Part shown: positions 25,790 to 38,180 of the stretch, piece by piece
Numbering within the stretch: position 1 is the first letter of the stretch
Layout of the letters: each line of letters starts with the position of its first letter
NCBI GenBank assembly: GCA_964016885.1
Contig: OZ024741.1
Location: 78,430,001 to 78,494,000 of the forward strand
Direction of reading: 5' to 3'
Source: Eledone cirrhosa
Lineage: Eukaryota
DNA: 64,000 nucleotides
Notes under the pieces: generated by a model
Seen by the model: the letters and a program-made list of their open reading frames with translations, nothing else
Database searches by the model: none
What the model was told of the DNA's origin: nothing
Position numbers and translations under genes: made by a program

Positions 25790-26330
25790 ATACTGTTGTC
25801 TGTTATGGTCTCCTCACACAAAACAAAGTATTATGAAAATTGAAGCACCCCAGAGGTCAATTACGATGGCATGACAGGCCTTGATGATTGGGATCAACTA
25901 GAAAAACTCAAACTGTGAATGTTACATTATCTGTAAAATGTGGAAAATATTCCATCAAAATTATCCAAAGGATATAGTAATGAAATAATAATAATGAAAA
26001 TATTGTGTACAGTGCTCAGGTGCACTACAACTCATCGAAAGTGTATGTATAGTACATAGGGTAATGTACAAACGTCAGGGTTGGCATCACCTTTAAAATC
26101 AACACAAGGCTTGGTCCCTGTGCTATCCGCCCACTACAAAAATCAAAGTTGCATCTCATAGCAACAATATTCATAACTCAACTGGCCCTGCTTTCTTATC
26201 ATACCGAAATACATCAAGACAGAAACATCCCATAATATTTTAAAGTTTCCTGGACAAATTCCTCCAAGAAATCTCAGATAAACCCCCCTACACTTGGATA
26301 TGTCTCTAAAAACAACACATACATATTTTC
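25790..26330 (+). pseudogene. CR1/L2-like LINE 3' relic, interrupted by an inverted LINE terminus (~25985-26075)
   Basis: Degenerate C-terminal motifs (EAPQR, LDKFL.EI.DKP). The insert GCTCAGGTGCACTACAACTC recurs at ~38800-38900. Confidence 0.5.
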
Positions 26331-26535
26331 TTAGTTTCAGAAGATCCTGGAATAGGGTGAAAGCAGCGATTCTTTGTTTAAACTTTAATCAGTACTAATA
26401 ATATACTGCAGATTCTCTCTCTCTCGGCTTCAGCTTGTGTTCAGCGAGTACACTCTTGAAAAGGCTTGCTATACACAAGCCAAAACTGCTTGGCATTGCA
26501 GTTGGGGTTATCTCTCTCTCTCCCTCTTTATAATA

Positions 26536-26573
<38 letters not shown>

Positions 26574-27399
26574 CGATGATGATGATATATAATTGTAGAT
26601 ATTTGAATATTTAATGGGGTGGAGAGCATTTAATCTTTTATGAAGAGTTAGACCTATTTTTATAAAGAAACACACACATAGTTAATCAACAATGCTTTCT
26701 GAATGAACACATAAAACTAATTTCTTTGAGTGTGCCTACAAAGCTAGAGGGGAGGTAACCAAGTATGTTAGCATTATAATATTTTACTTCTGCATTACTT
26801 TTCCCCTATTTCCTCTCAAATATCACTAACACATTTTCTTGCACCAGCTTGTAGGGTGCTTCATTTGTTTACCTAATGCCTGATGAAAAATTGTACATGT
26901 TTGCAGATACGAAACATATGCAACAGTTCAAGCAAGTTCAATATAAAGGCACACAGCACACACATATGTATGTGTGTGTTTTGCATTGCTACCATAGCCA
27001 TTGTATTATATATTCCTATAGTAAAATAGTAGATGGAAATAGTAATGGAAACTGCAGATGTTCGTGGTTTTTGATTTATGCAGGCAATATAAAGGTAATC
27101 AATGGAAGATCTCACCATCTGTTGTATATATGTATACACTCCTAATGGATTATGATATATACACACACACACATACATACACATATATATATATAGTACC
27201 TATTATATATAGTAGCTATTATGCATGAGTCTAATATAAGATTATAAGACATGAGTCTAATATAAGATCCAAATTCGACATCTTTATCAGAAGTTGAAAA
27301 TTTTTATGAATTGCTTTTCTTGACACTGAATTATGTATTAAGGGGAGATTACTCTATTGGCGACTTATGTCACCAACAACACCAAGACGGTTAAGTTGT

Positions 27400-27550
27400 T
27401 CTTCAATCTCAAGAGGTGAATGGGCAGTAGGAGCACCTGTCTAATATTATAACAGAAATCTGGGAGTTCCTAATGAATATTTCCTTCAACCCTCTGAATG
27501 CACCACATTTAGAACATTTCTCATCTATCTTTCCAATGTAGCATATTTTA
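27400..27550 (-). pseudogene. Possible Helitron Rep N-terminal zinc-finger relic
   Basis: YIGKIDEKCSKCGAF...KE, then in another frame PDFCYNIRQVLLLP. Resembles G.M...C..C.A..F..E...CC..G.V.LP. Confidence 0.4.
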
Positions 27551-28419
27551 ATTACATCTTTATTGAAATTGTATATATGTACGTGTGTGTGAATGTATGT
27601 ATACTTGCATGTATACTTGTGTTTTTCCACACACACACACATACACATATACTGTTTGGTGCCTCTAGGTTTGGTATTGTTGGAGCTGAACAGCTGGCTC
27701 TGAGCTCCCACAGCCCTAAAAAGTTGGTCCATATGCTGTATGGAACACTATCACATCTGCTCATCAAATTCCCCTTCCAAACATCCTTATTATAGCACAG
27801 GCACCACTATATAGCATTGGGGGGTGAATACAGTGCTATAACTGTCCAAACTACTCGCCTATAAATTCCAATATATATATCTGCTATTGACACCACTGGC
27901 CTCTGCATTTGTAAGTAGCTTATGGCAAATCTTCATTCTCCATGAAATCCAAGACATGGCTGTCCTGCTACTTTTGGCAGTTATTGTTGATCTGCACTCC
28001 CACTGCAACATTCAACAGCAAGAAGGGCTGCTATGGATCACACTACCCCAAATTGTGTAAGCAGCTTGCAGCTGGAGACTGCCTATGAAAGTCATATCTA
28101 CAATGAAACCGCTATAAAATTAAACCCCCATGTATTATATATATATATATATATATATACATATGTTTGTGTGTATGTCTTTATATACACACAACTGCAT
28201 ATATATATGCACATCATAAACATGTGTATATATATATATACATACACATACAAAACAGTTGGAAAACCTTCAGTTAAGTACACACTAAATGGTACAAAGA
28301 ATGGAGTCTTTGTGATGACTTTATTTTTCTCAAAACCCAAAAGCAATGACATCAGTGAAGTAGCTACATGATGTTGGTATCTGGTTTGAGTGGTGGTGGT
28401 GGTGGTGGTTGTTGTGGTA

Positions 28420-28487
28420 AAGAAGAAGAAGAAGAAGAAGAAGAAGAAGAAGAAGAAGAAGAAGAAGAAGAAGAAGAAGAAGAAGAA
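28420..28487. repeat. (GAA)n microsatellite
   Basis: Direct observation. Confidence 0.95.
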
Positions 28488-29399
28488 ATTAAGACAAAAA
28501 ATATGAAGAAAAAGGAGAGAGAAGGGAATAGTGAGAGGGGTGGATAAAGAGGGGCATAGAACAGAAGGAAGAAAAAGAAAAGAGATAAAGAAAAGAAAGA
28601 AAGGTAGTAAAAAAAAAGAATGCAAAGGGTAAAAAGGCAAGAAGAATGAAGAATGCTGTAGAAAGGTCTGAAAGAGTTCAGACATAGAAAAAATGGGAAT
28701 GAAGACATTTCTTTAACAGAAAGAGAGATATGTAATCTCTCTGTATAGGAATTTATTTTTAGCTTTGTTGGAAACAAATATTATTGTTGCTGTGGGGTTA
28801 TAACTCCCCAAAGAAAACATGTGATAGAGGGATATTTGGGGAAGGAAGTATTAACAACTGACCCATTTAAAGGTCTCACTCCAGCTTCCCAGTTAAGCTG
28901 TTTATTATCTATTTTAGTAAATATCCTTTTTTAAATAAAGTAAGGTGTCTATTCCACAGCTGCTGAACATAAACAAATGGCACCAGTTGTTTAAGTGCTG
29001 CCAACATGCAGACACACACACACACAAACACTTGACTACCATTATCATCATCATCTAATGACTGGGTAGGTCATTAAGATTTAAGTCCATTCTTATTCAG
29101 AGATACTGTCTTCTTCAATGGGTCTGGAGGCCATACCCTTCCAGCTTCCTCCACCAATACAGCCTTTTTCTTCACAGCCACCAGACAAAGGAAAAACCTA
29201 TTATTTGCAGTACATCAAGATTATATGTATGAATTTAACAACGGAAATAAAATAAAAGTTAAAGATAGGTTCTTAATTAGAACTAATTAAGAACCTATCT
29301 TTAACATTTGTTTTATTTTCATTGTTCAATACACATGCAACAGGTGTTGCTGGCCATTATCCACAGAAATGCCTTTACCATTTTGTCCTTTCTTCTTTC

Positions 29400-29438
<39 letters not shown>

Positions 29439-29439
29439 C

Positions 29440-30410
29440 ATAAGATGTACTGAAGGACAATGTAGAGATTAAAAAAAAATAAATAAAAATATAGTGTACA
29501 TAGGTGAGACAGCTCGTAGTATAGGGGAACGGATAAATGAACACTGGCGAGACCTTCAAGATAGTAAAGAATCATCTGTACTCCACCAACATGCTAAAAT
29601 AGAACATAAGGGTAAATTAGAGAACATAGAAATAAAAATAGAATCTACACACAGAAAAGACGCAATGTTTAGACAAATCACAGAGGCAATAAACATAAAT
29701 GAATTACAACCAAAATTAAATAGAAAACATGAGTGGAACAGCAACATCACAACTTATAATTAAGGACAAAATGAAAACACACACGCACATAGAACAAACA
29801 ACCAACCAGTAACATGTAATTAAAAAAATAAATAAACGAATATAAACACACACAGACACCCGAATGTAACACATGCGCAAACTAAGCACACAACACACAC
29901 ACAAAAACAAGATGGCGTAGGACAGAACAAAGGAGAGGCACAAAAAACAAAGAAAAGAATCCCCAGTCACTGAAGAGGTCACAGAATGTGTGACGAAAGA
30001 ACTTTGACAATATATAAACAACCATCTGGTTGTGGAACCAACCAACTAACCGGAAATTTATAAATTCCTAAATTTATAAATTTATTATAATAAATTGAAG
30101 TGAAAGCAACCGGTGCGTGTGTTTCTTATTGGCAACATGACCCTCCCAAAGTATAACAATATCGGTTTCAACACACGTTTTCAGATAAAGAATCTTGCTA
30201 AACAAATTCAGAAACGAAATATATATATAGTTTGACAGATATAAATGACTCTGTAGCTCAAGTAGAATCTTCGATGGAACCTTACGCAATGACAGCCTAC
30301 TACAAAAATGATATCTTTCACTATATGATCTCGTTGAAACCAGTTCTTCAATTCTTCAAGACTGCATTGAGTTCTAACAATATTATTGTCCCCACCATAA
30401 ACAGGTGGAT
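29440..30410 (+). mobile_element. Second Penelope-like element: GIY-YIG C-terminus plus pLTR, between TA-rich tracts
   Basis: ORF 29494-29763 YIGETARSIGERINEH...LHQHA...H...RQITEA..I...PKLN. A hammerhead and PLE N-terminus-like peptide follow downstream. Confidence 0.85.
29966..30008 (+). ncRNA. Minimal type I hammerhead ribozyme
   Basis: GTCA-CTGAAGA-G-GTCACA(GAATG)TGTGAC-GAAA-GAAC-TT^TGAC. Stem I is GTCA/TGAC, stem II is 6 bp, the core is conserved, and predicted cleavage is after 30004. Confidence 0.75.
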
Positions 30411-30430
30411 ACAAGCATATATATATATAA

Positions 30431-32095
30431 AGGTGAGCTTGCCCTCACAAGTGCTGAGAAGAAAGATGCGTGGAAGAGCCATTATAATAGATTACTAAAT
30501 GAGGAGAATGCATGGGAAGAAGAGACCCTACCCCAAGTAGACCCTATAGAGGGGCCAGCAGCACAAGTCAGCAGCAGTGTAGTAAGTAAGGCAATCAAAG
30601 ATATGAAGACAGGGAAGGCAACCAGTCCATCGGGTATAGCTGCCGAGATGCTGAAGGCATCTGGGTCGGTAGGTCACACCATAACCACACATATTGTTAA
30701 CCAGGTAATACTAGATGGTGTCATACCAAAGGATTGGTACAGTAGCATCATTGTCAACTGCTACAAAGGTAAAGGTGATGTACTAGATAGAGGAAACTAT
30801 AGAGGTATGAAGCTGATGGACCAGGTCATGAAAGTAACAGAAAGAGTTATAGCACAGTTGATTAGGGACCGGGTGAAACTAGATGAGATGCAATTTGGGT
30901 TTGTGCCAGGAAGAGGCACCACTGATGACACCTCTTCCTTGTGAGGCAGTTACAGGAAAAGTACCTAGCTAAAAGTAAGCTGATCTAACTGGCATTCAAC
31001 AATCTCGAGAAAGCATTTGACAGAGTTCCCTGTGCTATAATCTGGTGGGCTCTTAGAAAACTAGGAGTAGATGAATGGCTTGTGAAAGCTGTACAAGCCA
31101 TGTATAGGAGGAGTTTAAGACCGGATGCCCATGGGAACTCCTTTATGCAGATGACCTCGTAGTTATAGCTGAATCTATGGTAGAACTAGAGAAGAAATTC
31201 CAAACTTGGAAGCAGGGACTAGAAAGAAAGGGTCTCAAAGTCAAGCTGACAAAGACTAAGGTCCTTGTAAGTAGACGAGAAAACAGAACCCAGATCCCCT
31301 CAGGGAAATGGCCTTGCTCAGTATGTAGGAAAGGTGTAGGTAGGAACTCCATTCTCTGCCCCAAATGCAAACAATGGGTACACAAGAGATGTAGTGGGAT
31401 CTCAGAAAGCTTAACTAAGAATGTAGGCTTCACATGGGACAGCAAGCAGCAAACAGCCACAGGAAACAAGTACCACCAAACTCTGAGAGGGCTCTGTAGA
31501 AACAGTAGACAGCTTCTGCTACCTAGGTGACCGAATTAGCAGCGGAGGTGGGTGTTCGGAAAGTACAATAACTAGGGTAAGAACGGGATGGAAGAAGTTC
31601 AGGAAGCTACTGCCACTGCTAGCTGCAAAAGGCTTTTCCCTCAAAATGAAAGGCAGACTGTATGATGCGTGTATACGAACAGCAATGTTACATGGTAGTG
31701 CAACCTGGGCGCTGTCTGTGGAAGATTTGCGTAGATTAGAAAGAAATGAAGCCTGCATGCTCTGATGGATGTGTAATAGTAATATACGCGAACGGCAAAG
31801 CATAAACGAATTGAGAGAGAGACTGAGCATAAGAGGAATCAAATGCTGTGTGCAGGAGAGGTGGTTGTGTTGGTATGGACATGTGATACGTATGAAGGAT
31901 GACAGCTGCATAAAAAGGTGCAGAGCACTAGAAGTCGATGGAAACCGCAAAATGAGGAGACACAAGAAGACCTGGGATGAGGTGATAAAAGCCGACCTTA
32001 CCCAATTACACTTCTCAAAGGCGATGACATATGACCGTGACCTCTGGCGTCATGCAGTAATACAGAAGACCCGACCCCCCACGGGTACAAGCCGA
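30431..32095 (+). pseudogene. 5'-truncated RTE LINE with a PHD-like finger inside the RT region; internal deletion near 31108
   Basis: KTGKATSPSG, NYRGMKL, LEKAFD, LLYADD, then KWPCSVCRKGVGRNSILCPKCKQWVHKRC, FCYLGD and WYGHVIRM. Confidence 0.88.
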
Positions 32096-33156
32096 AGCTG
32101 AAGCATATAGACAATATGCCTCCACACCCTCCCACTGCAAAGTGGTCGTGGAGGTGCCACGGCAAAGAACACCCAGCCCACACTGTAAAGTGGACGTGTA
32201 GGCGCCACGGAAAAAAGCACCCAGCACTCACTGTAAATGAGGTTGGTGTTAGGAAGGGCATCCAGCTATAGAAATCAAGCCAGAATCAGTTTCCATATGA
32301 GCAAGGCATTGTCAGCCGACCGGACACTGCCCACAACAGGACAACCCATCTAACCCATGCTAGCGTGGAAGAACGGATGTAAAACGGTTTTGATGATATA
32401 TACTGTAAACCTGTAAATTCTGATTAATGAAAACATATAAGGTGAAATGAGCTGACAAAGAGATAATTACTGGATTTCAACAGTTTATATATGCTGTGTA
32501 TGTCATATACTAAAGTAACCCTCTTTCACTTGGACATAATTCAAATGAAAAAAATATGTATATAACCACATATAACGAGAGAAACACAGTATTTTGTACA
32601 TATATATAAAAAGCATATAATATTGATGCTCTAGAAAAATGTCCATTGAGGTTTTTGTTTTACTGAGAAACATATTCTTCATGCATATTATATATTATGA
32701 TATTTTAAATTAGTATATATTTGCTCCAAATTGTTAATTTGTTGAGCTGTGATAGGTACATAGCAACTCTTTCTAGCAGACGCAACGTCCAGTCCTATTT
32801 ATATCTGCCATCACTGAAAATTAATTCAAACCATGTGGTTTGGATTAATTACTTCTTGGAACATAACAGATATAAAGGCATTTTGTATTTTATTTGATCT
32901 TATTACAAGATGTTTTCCTCTGATGATTAGTTCCATGTCTCCTGGAGCTATACCAAAATCAATAGTTGGTAATTGATAATCAATTACTTAAATCGATTTT
33001 CAATTTGGTTCTAGGGACTATGAAATGGTGCCGTAAGGAATATATTACTTTTCCATCTTAAAGTATGTAGTGTTTCCTAAATATTATCTGCTTTTTATAT
33101 ATATATGTATAAAATAGTTTTACTAATGATATATGGCTATATACATATATTTCTTA

Positions 33157-33220
<64 letters not shown>

Positions 33221-34754
33221 ACAGTCTTCTTTTTAGATGTAGACTAAAATGATGACTGTATTTTTTATCTTCTTTATCAAAATATTTCAAAATTTAGAAC
33301 ATTCTTTGCAGTTAATTTAGTACAGTATAATTCCTAAATCTGTCATCAATATTTCTAGACCTTCTTAGTCTCATTTTTAGAATGAAGAGATGTTGGCACT
33401 ATTGACAAATGCTGCTGCATTTTTACAGTAAATAGACAAGGCTATTGTGATTGGAGTATATATTTTAGCATAATTTGAATTTTTGATTATTAGATTCATA
33501 TGTCATCAGTTAGATGTTTATTTTTGTTTGTGACAAGTGGGTATTATGTTGTGTGTTTATTTTTAGTATTATGCTGAGAGTATTGCTTACATAATCAACT
33601 CTTAACATTATGTAATGATTTTTTCAGAAAATAACTAAAAACAACTTGGTTAATCCAAATGTTTATAGTATCGCTACTAGTGGACAAATCATTGTGAACA
33701 TTCGAAGTATTAGAGTACAAGCATTCATTTTTGATGGGATGTAGTTATTGTGCAATTTTTTTACTTTTCCAAAATGTCTTGCTGATGTGATTTTACATCA
33801 AGAATGAATCATCTATTTTTGTGGAGAATTCTGTTAAAGACATGACAATCTCCCTAGTGTTGGTGATCTACACAATACATGCATGTATCACACATAAAGT
33901 GGTTGGTCACGAGTGGCAAGGCCGGACTTTTGAATTACAAACACAATCCAGCTGACAGGTTTCTATGCCTAATTTCATTCACACTTTTGGGTCAACCCAA
34001 CATGCCATACAATGGGATCAAACCCAGAACTTCACTATTGAAAAGCAAACTTTTTAACCACTCAATTGCAAGTTGGATAATGCAATCCTATTAACACTAT
34101 TCCAGAGAATATGTTGAGACACTTTGGATAATGCAATGGAGAGTACATTACATCTAAAAATACTAAAATAAAGATGGGATGGTCATGGCTGGAATGTTTT
34201 TGTTAAATTTGGGCTGGCCTGTGACAAACAACAACGGCACTAAATACTTTAAACCAACTGGGCTGTTGTTCCACTGATTCTGTTACAGAGACGCAATACA
34301 TATTTACACTATATAATACAGCCATTGAAAACAGTAGTTCTTTATATTTATAGCACATATATAACCAGTAACAAGCAACAGGTCTGTTTAAGTATCCACT
34401 GAGTCAGTCACATTATACAAATGAACTTTATAGCTGTGTGGTTAAAAAGTTTACTTCAGAACTCAGTGGTTTCAGGTTCAATCCTACTGTCCAGCACCTT
34501 GGGTGAGTATCTTCTATCATCCAATCTAGGCCTTCACTCAATCCAGAATTGCATACCATCCAATAGATAAGCTGTCCATGTAGCAGGTGTTGGCAGCAGA
34601 TGAAACTTCTAATCAGTGAGACATGTTCCTTCCACAAGAAGCAAAAGAATACATGCTCCAATCTGGTCAGATGAAAACTGGGATAAAGCATAATAGTTAG
34701 ACAGCAATAAACAACAGAGGTGATGTATGTGTTTGGCGTATCTGCTCAATATTT

Positions 34755-34950
34755 CAGTGATAACTTCTTTGTAGCTGATTTCTGGGTATGACTGACAACC
34801 TTGCTTCTACCTTTATCGCAGTTCCTATACACATGAATGTTTGATCCAAACCAAACTCCAAACATCTTAACAGAACCATTAGTCCAAAGACACACAATAC
34901 CAGCTGGCATGGACTTGCATATCTCAGTGATTCAGAGCCCAATCAAAGCC
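34755..34950 (-). pseudogene. Old Tx1/L1 ORF2 fragment
   Basis: Minus strand encodes WTNGSVKMFGVWFGSN, matching WTDGPVKLLGVWFGPD in the element at 47.3-53.2 kb. Confidence 0.65.
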
Positions 34951-35859
34951 AACTTTATTAGCTTCCTTCTCATTTTATACATGATGTATAAAATTGAAAT
35001 TAAACAAATTAAATTTTGCCTAACTTCAGTTTACAGTGATTTAGATCACATCACATTTATTTATTTATGTCCTTTCAAGTTTGTTTTTTTTGTCATTATT
35101 TCCAATATACAATTGTAATGTGTGTGTTTCTCCTTGTAGGTTTGTGGAGGGTGGTGGTGCTCTTGTGTGTTTTTATAAGATTGTAATTTGGTTTGTGTCA
35201 ACATGTTTTCAAGGTCACACCCCTGGTTCAACATAATTACCAGATGTACAGCCTTAAATACATCTCTTCATATCCTGTGTAAATGTGATTAGATACTGTG
35301 GTAGTTGTTCTTGTTGCTGTTGTTTTGTTAGCTTTGTTGCACTTACTGCAATTGATTTATGTATGTGCTTGAATGTTTCTATATCTATGTGTGTGCACGC
35401 GTGTGTGTGTGTGTGTGTGTTTACAAACAGGAGAAAGAATTACCAGACACAGGTAGCAGAGTATATTTATTCATTAGAAGCTACTATGTCACATAGAGTT
35501 TCTCATATGTATGCATTTGTTCAGATGACTGACACTGTCTTTCTCTCTTCTGTCTCTGTTACACATGCAGGCATACACATTTTATATATTTATACACACA
35601 TACGAAAGAGTAGGAATCCAGACTCTTTCATATTACAACACTCTACTACCCCAAGTATCGAGTACTCTGGTGAGTAATGGTCTAACAGATTTTTACTGCA
35701 TCCATTTTGATATATATTAAAAAGGGAAACAAGTCCCTTTCAGTGAATTACTGTCCAATCACACTAACCTCTTATATCATTAAGGTATTTGAGGTGGCGG
35801 TGGGATCATGAATAACACACTTCCTTGAAAACAACAATCTGCTGAACCAACATGGGTTC

Positions 35860-36260
35860 TGTAATAGAAAGGACTACCTAATGCAACCCCTGCATCACTT
35901 TGATGACATTTTAGAGCTTTGGGAAGGGGCTCCAACACTGATGCCAAAAACCTTGATTTCAGTAAGCCTTTGACAAGGTTGATCACAACATCCTATTGAA
36001 AAAAACTATCCAGCATTGGTGTCTCTGGAAAGTTACTACAATGGATCAAGTATTTCCTGACAAACAGAGCACAATATGTTGTGGTCGAAGGATTACAGTG
36101 AAGCTCAGCCAAATACATTAGTGGCATCCCACAAGGCATTGTGTTGGGCCCACTTCTCTTCATTATTTATATCAATAACATTATCAACGTCATCAAGCAC
36201 AATAACATAAGAAACTTTGCAGATGATTCCACGTTCCAGAAGGTCATACAAAGTGTATGA
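35860..36260 (+). pseudogene. CR1-like RT fragment
   Basis: LDFSK.FDKVDHNILLKK...LQWIKYFLTNRAQ...SGIPQGIVLGPLLFIIYIN...FADD. Confidence 0.85.
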
Positions 36261-37989
36261 GTAGGACAGTCACTTGACTAGTCTGGCCTCAGCATGCAAA
36301 AGCTGTCTAACCCATACAAGCCTGGAAAATTGGCTCTCAACAGTGCTGCTGCTGATGATGTGTGGGTATGTGAATATGTGTGTACACACACACACATACA
36401 GGAGACAACTCTGGATATGCTTCAGTTTTATTAGACCTCCTCAACAAAGCAGAGACTTCACTGGAATTGCTAAAGTAGTGATAGAAGAGTCACTAAGGAA
36501 ATATACAATATTGTCCAAATGCTGCCATAGGAAATTAGCTTAATTTGAAGAATCAATTTCTCAGAAAAATTCATATACATACATAGGCACAGAAATATAC
36601 ATACATGACCCATGCTAGCGTGGAAGATGGACGTTAGACGATGATGATGATGCGTGTAGATGTATCTGTACGCACATCAGATGGGAGAAAAATATGTTGA
36701 TTCTTGTTTTTTGCTTTAGAAAATATCCCAGACATGTACTCAGGAGATTTACATAGCTAATCTAGTGACTCAGTAAATTGAATTGTAAGGGAAGGGTATA
36801 AATAGAGGTTGGATGCAATTTACCCCTTCACAAACCAACAGACACATGGTGTGAGAGAAGAGTGTATAAAGGAAGTGCGAGCATGCTTCTTAGATTAGGA
36901 CACCAGACATGTAATTAATAACACTGTGTGTGTGTGTGTGTATGAACGTGTATTCATGTATGTAAATATGTGTGTGTACATATATTTCTGTGTCTATATC
37001 TATGTTTCCATATCTGTGTGTTACACAGGCTAACAATGAACACAGTGTATGTTGCTTGAGAGGGGTATAAAAAACACTGAACACACACACACACACACTT
37101 TGCTATTCCTTTTATTCAGAGCTGAATTTTTCCAAAACACTACTTCCTGCATATATACAAGAGATAATGTTTTATGTATGTGTATGTGTGTCGTCATCAT
37201 CATCATCATCTTCGTTTAACGTCCATTTTCCACGCTAGCATGGGTTAGACGGGAGTTGTCCCACTTGAGGCAAGGCTGGTCGGGTGACCGTGTCTCGCTC
37301 ATATAGGACTATCTGGCAGGTTTTCTACGGCTGGATGCCCTTCCTAACACCAACCACATTTACAGTGTGGAACTGGGAACTTTTTACTGTGTTACCTACA
37401 CGACCACATTACAGCGCGGACTGTGTGTGTGTTTTTGTCGTGACACCTACACGATCTCGATCTCATTTTCTCGTGCTGTTGGTGGGAGTGGGAGGATAGG
37501 GTAGGGGTAGTGGATTGGGGTGTATATTTGGTTAAGAGGTGCCTACTGACTGTAGGTTTCGCTTTGTACATAGGCAAGGTGGGTCTTCTGTATTACTGCG
37601 TAGCGCCGTGTGTGTATATATGTATATGTATATATATATAAGTGCAGGGAAAAGCAGACGTAAAATGATGATGATAAGTATAGAAATGCGGATGTTCAAT
37701 TATGATGTATATATACCATATCTAAACTTAAACCTGCGATAGAAAGGTTTTGGACAGCAAGGCCATTTAAAAGCATCACCAGGCTGAAATATATCCAAGT
37801 AATGCCACTCAAATAACTGTGATTTGAGAGGCATTACTTTGAACATTTTATCCAAGTATCATTTAAAGATTATGGAATTTTTCTTCCTTGACTTGTTTCA
37901 GAATATGTTGAATAGAGCAAGGCCAGTTGAGGTGAAAATAGTTGTGTTGTAATGTAGTTATGTGCTGTAGGTTTTATTTTAGTATTGGA

Positions 37990-38180
37990 TGGATAGTACA
38001 GGGTCTAAGCTTTAGATGAACAATTAAGCTAACAGAAGTCTGATGAGTTTATGATTCCGGAGTCGGGGCCGATCGATAGATAGATATCGAAACTTGAGCT
38101 GATCAATCGCGAAACGCACGTCCCGCCTGAATAAAGTTATTTAAAATTTGACAATTCGTCCATACTTATTATATATATTA
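37990..38180 (+). mobile_element. Probable solitary PLE pLTR with hammerhead-like motif
   Basis: CTGATGA at 38040, GAAAC-GCAC-GTC at 38111-38122 and AATAAA at 38130, ending in TA-rich sequence. Confidence 0.55.
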
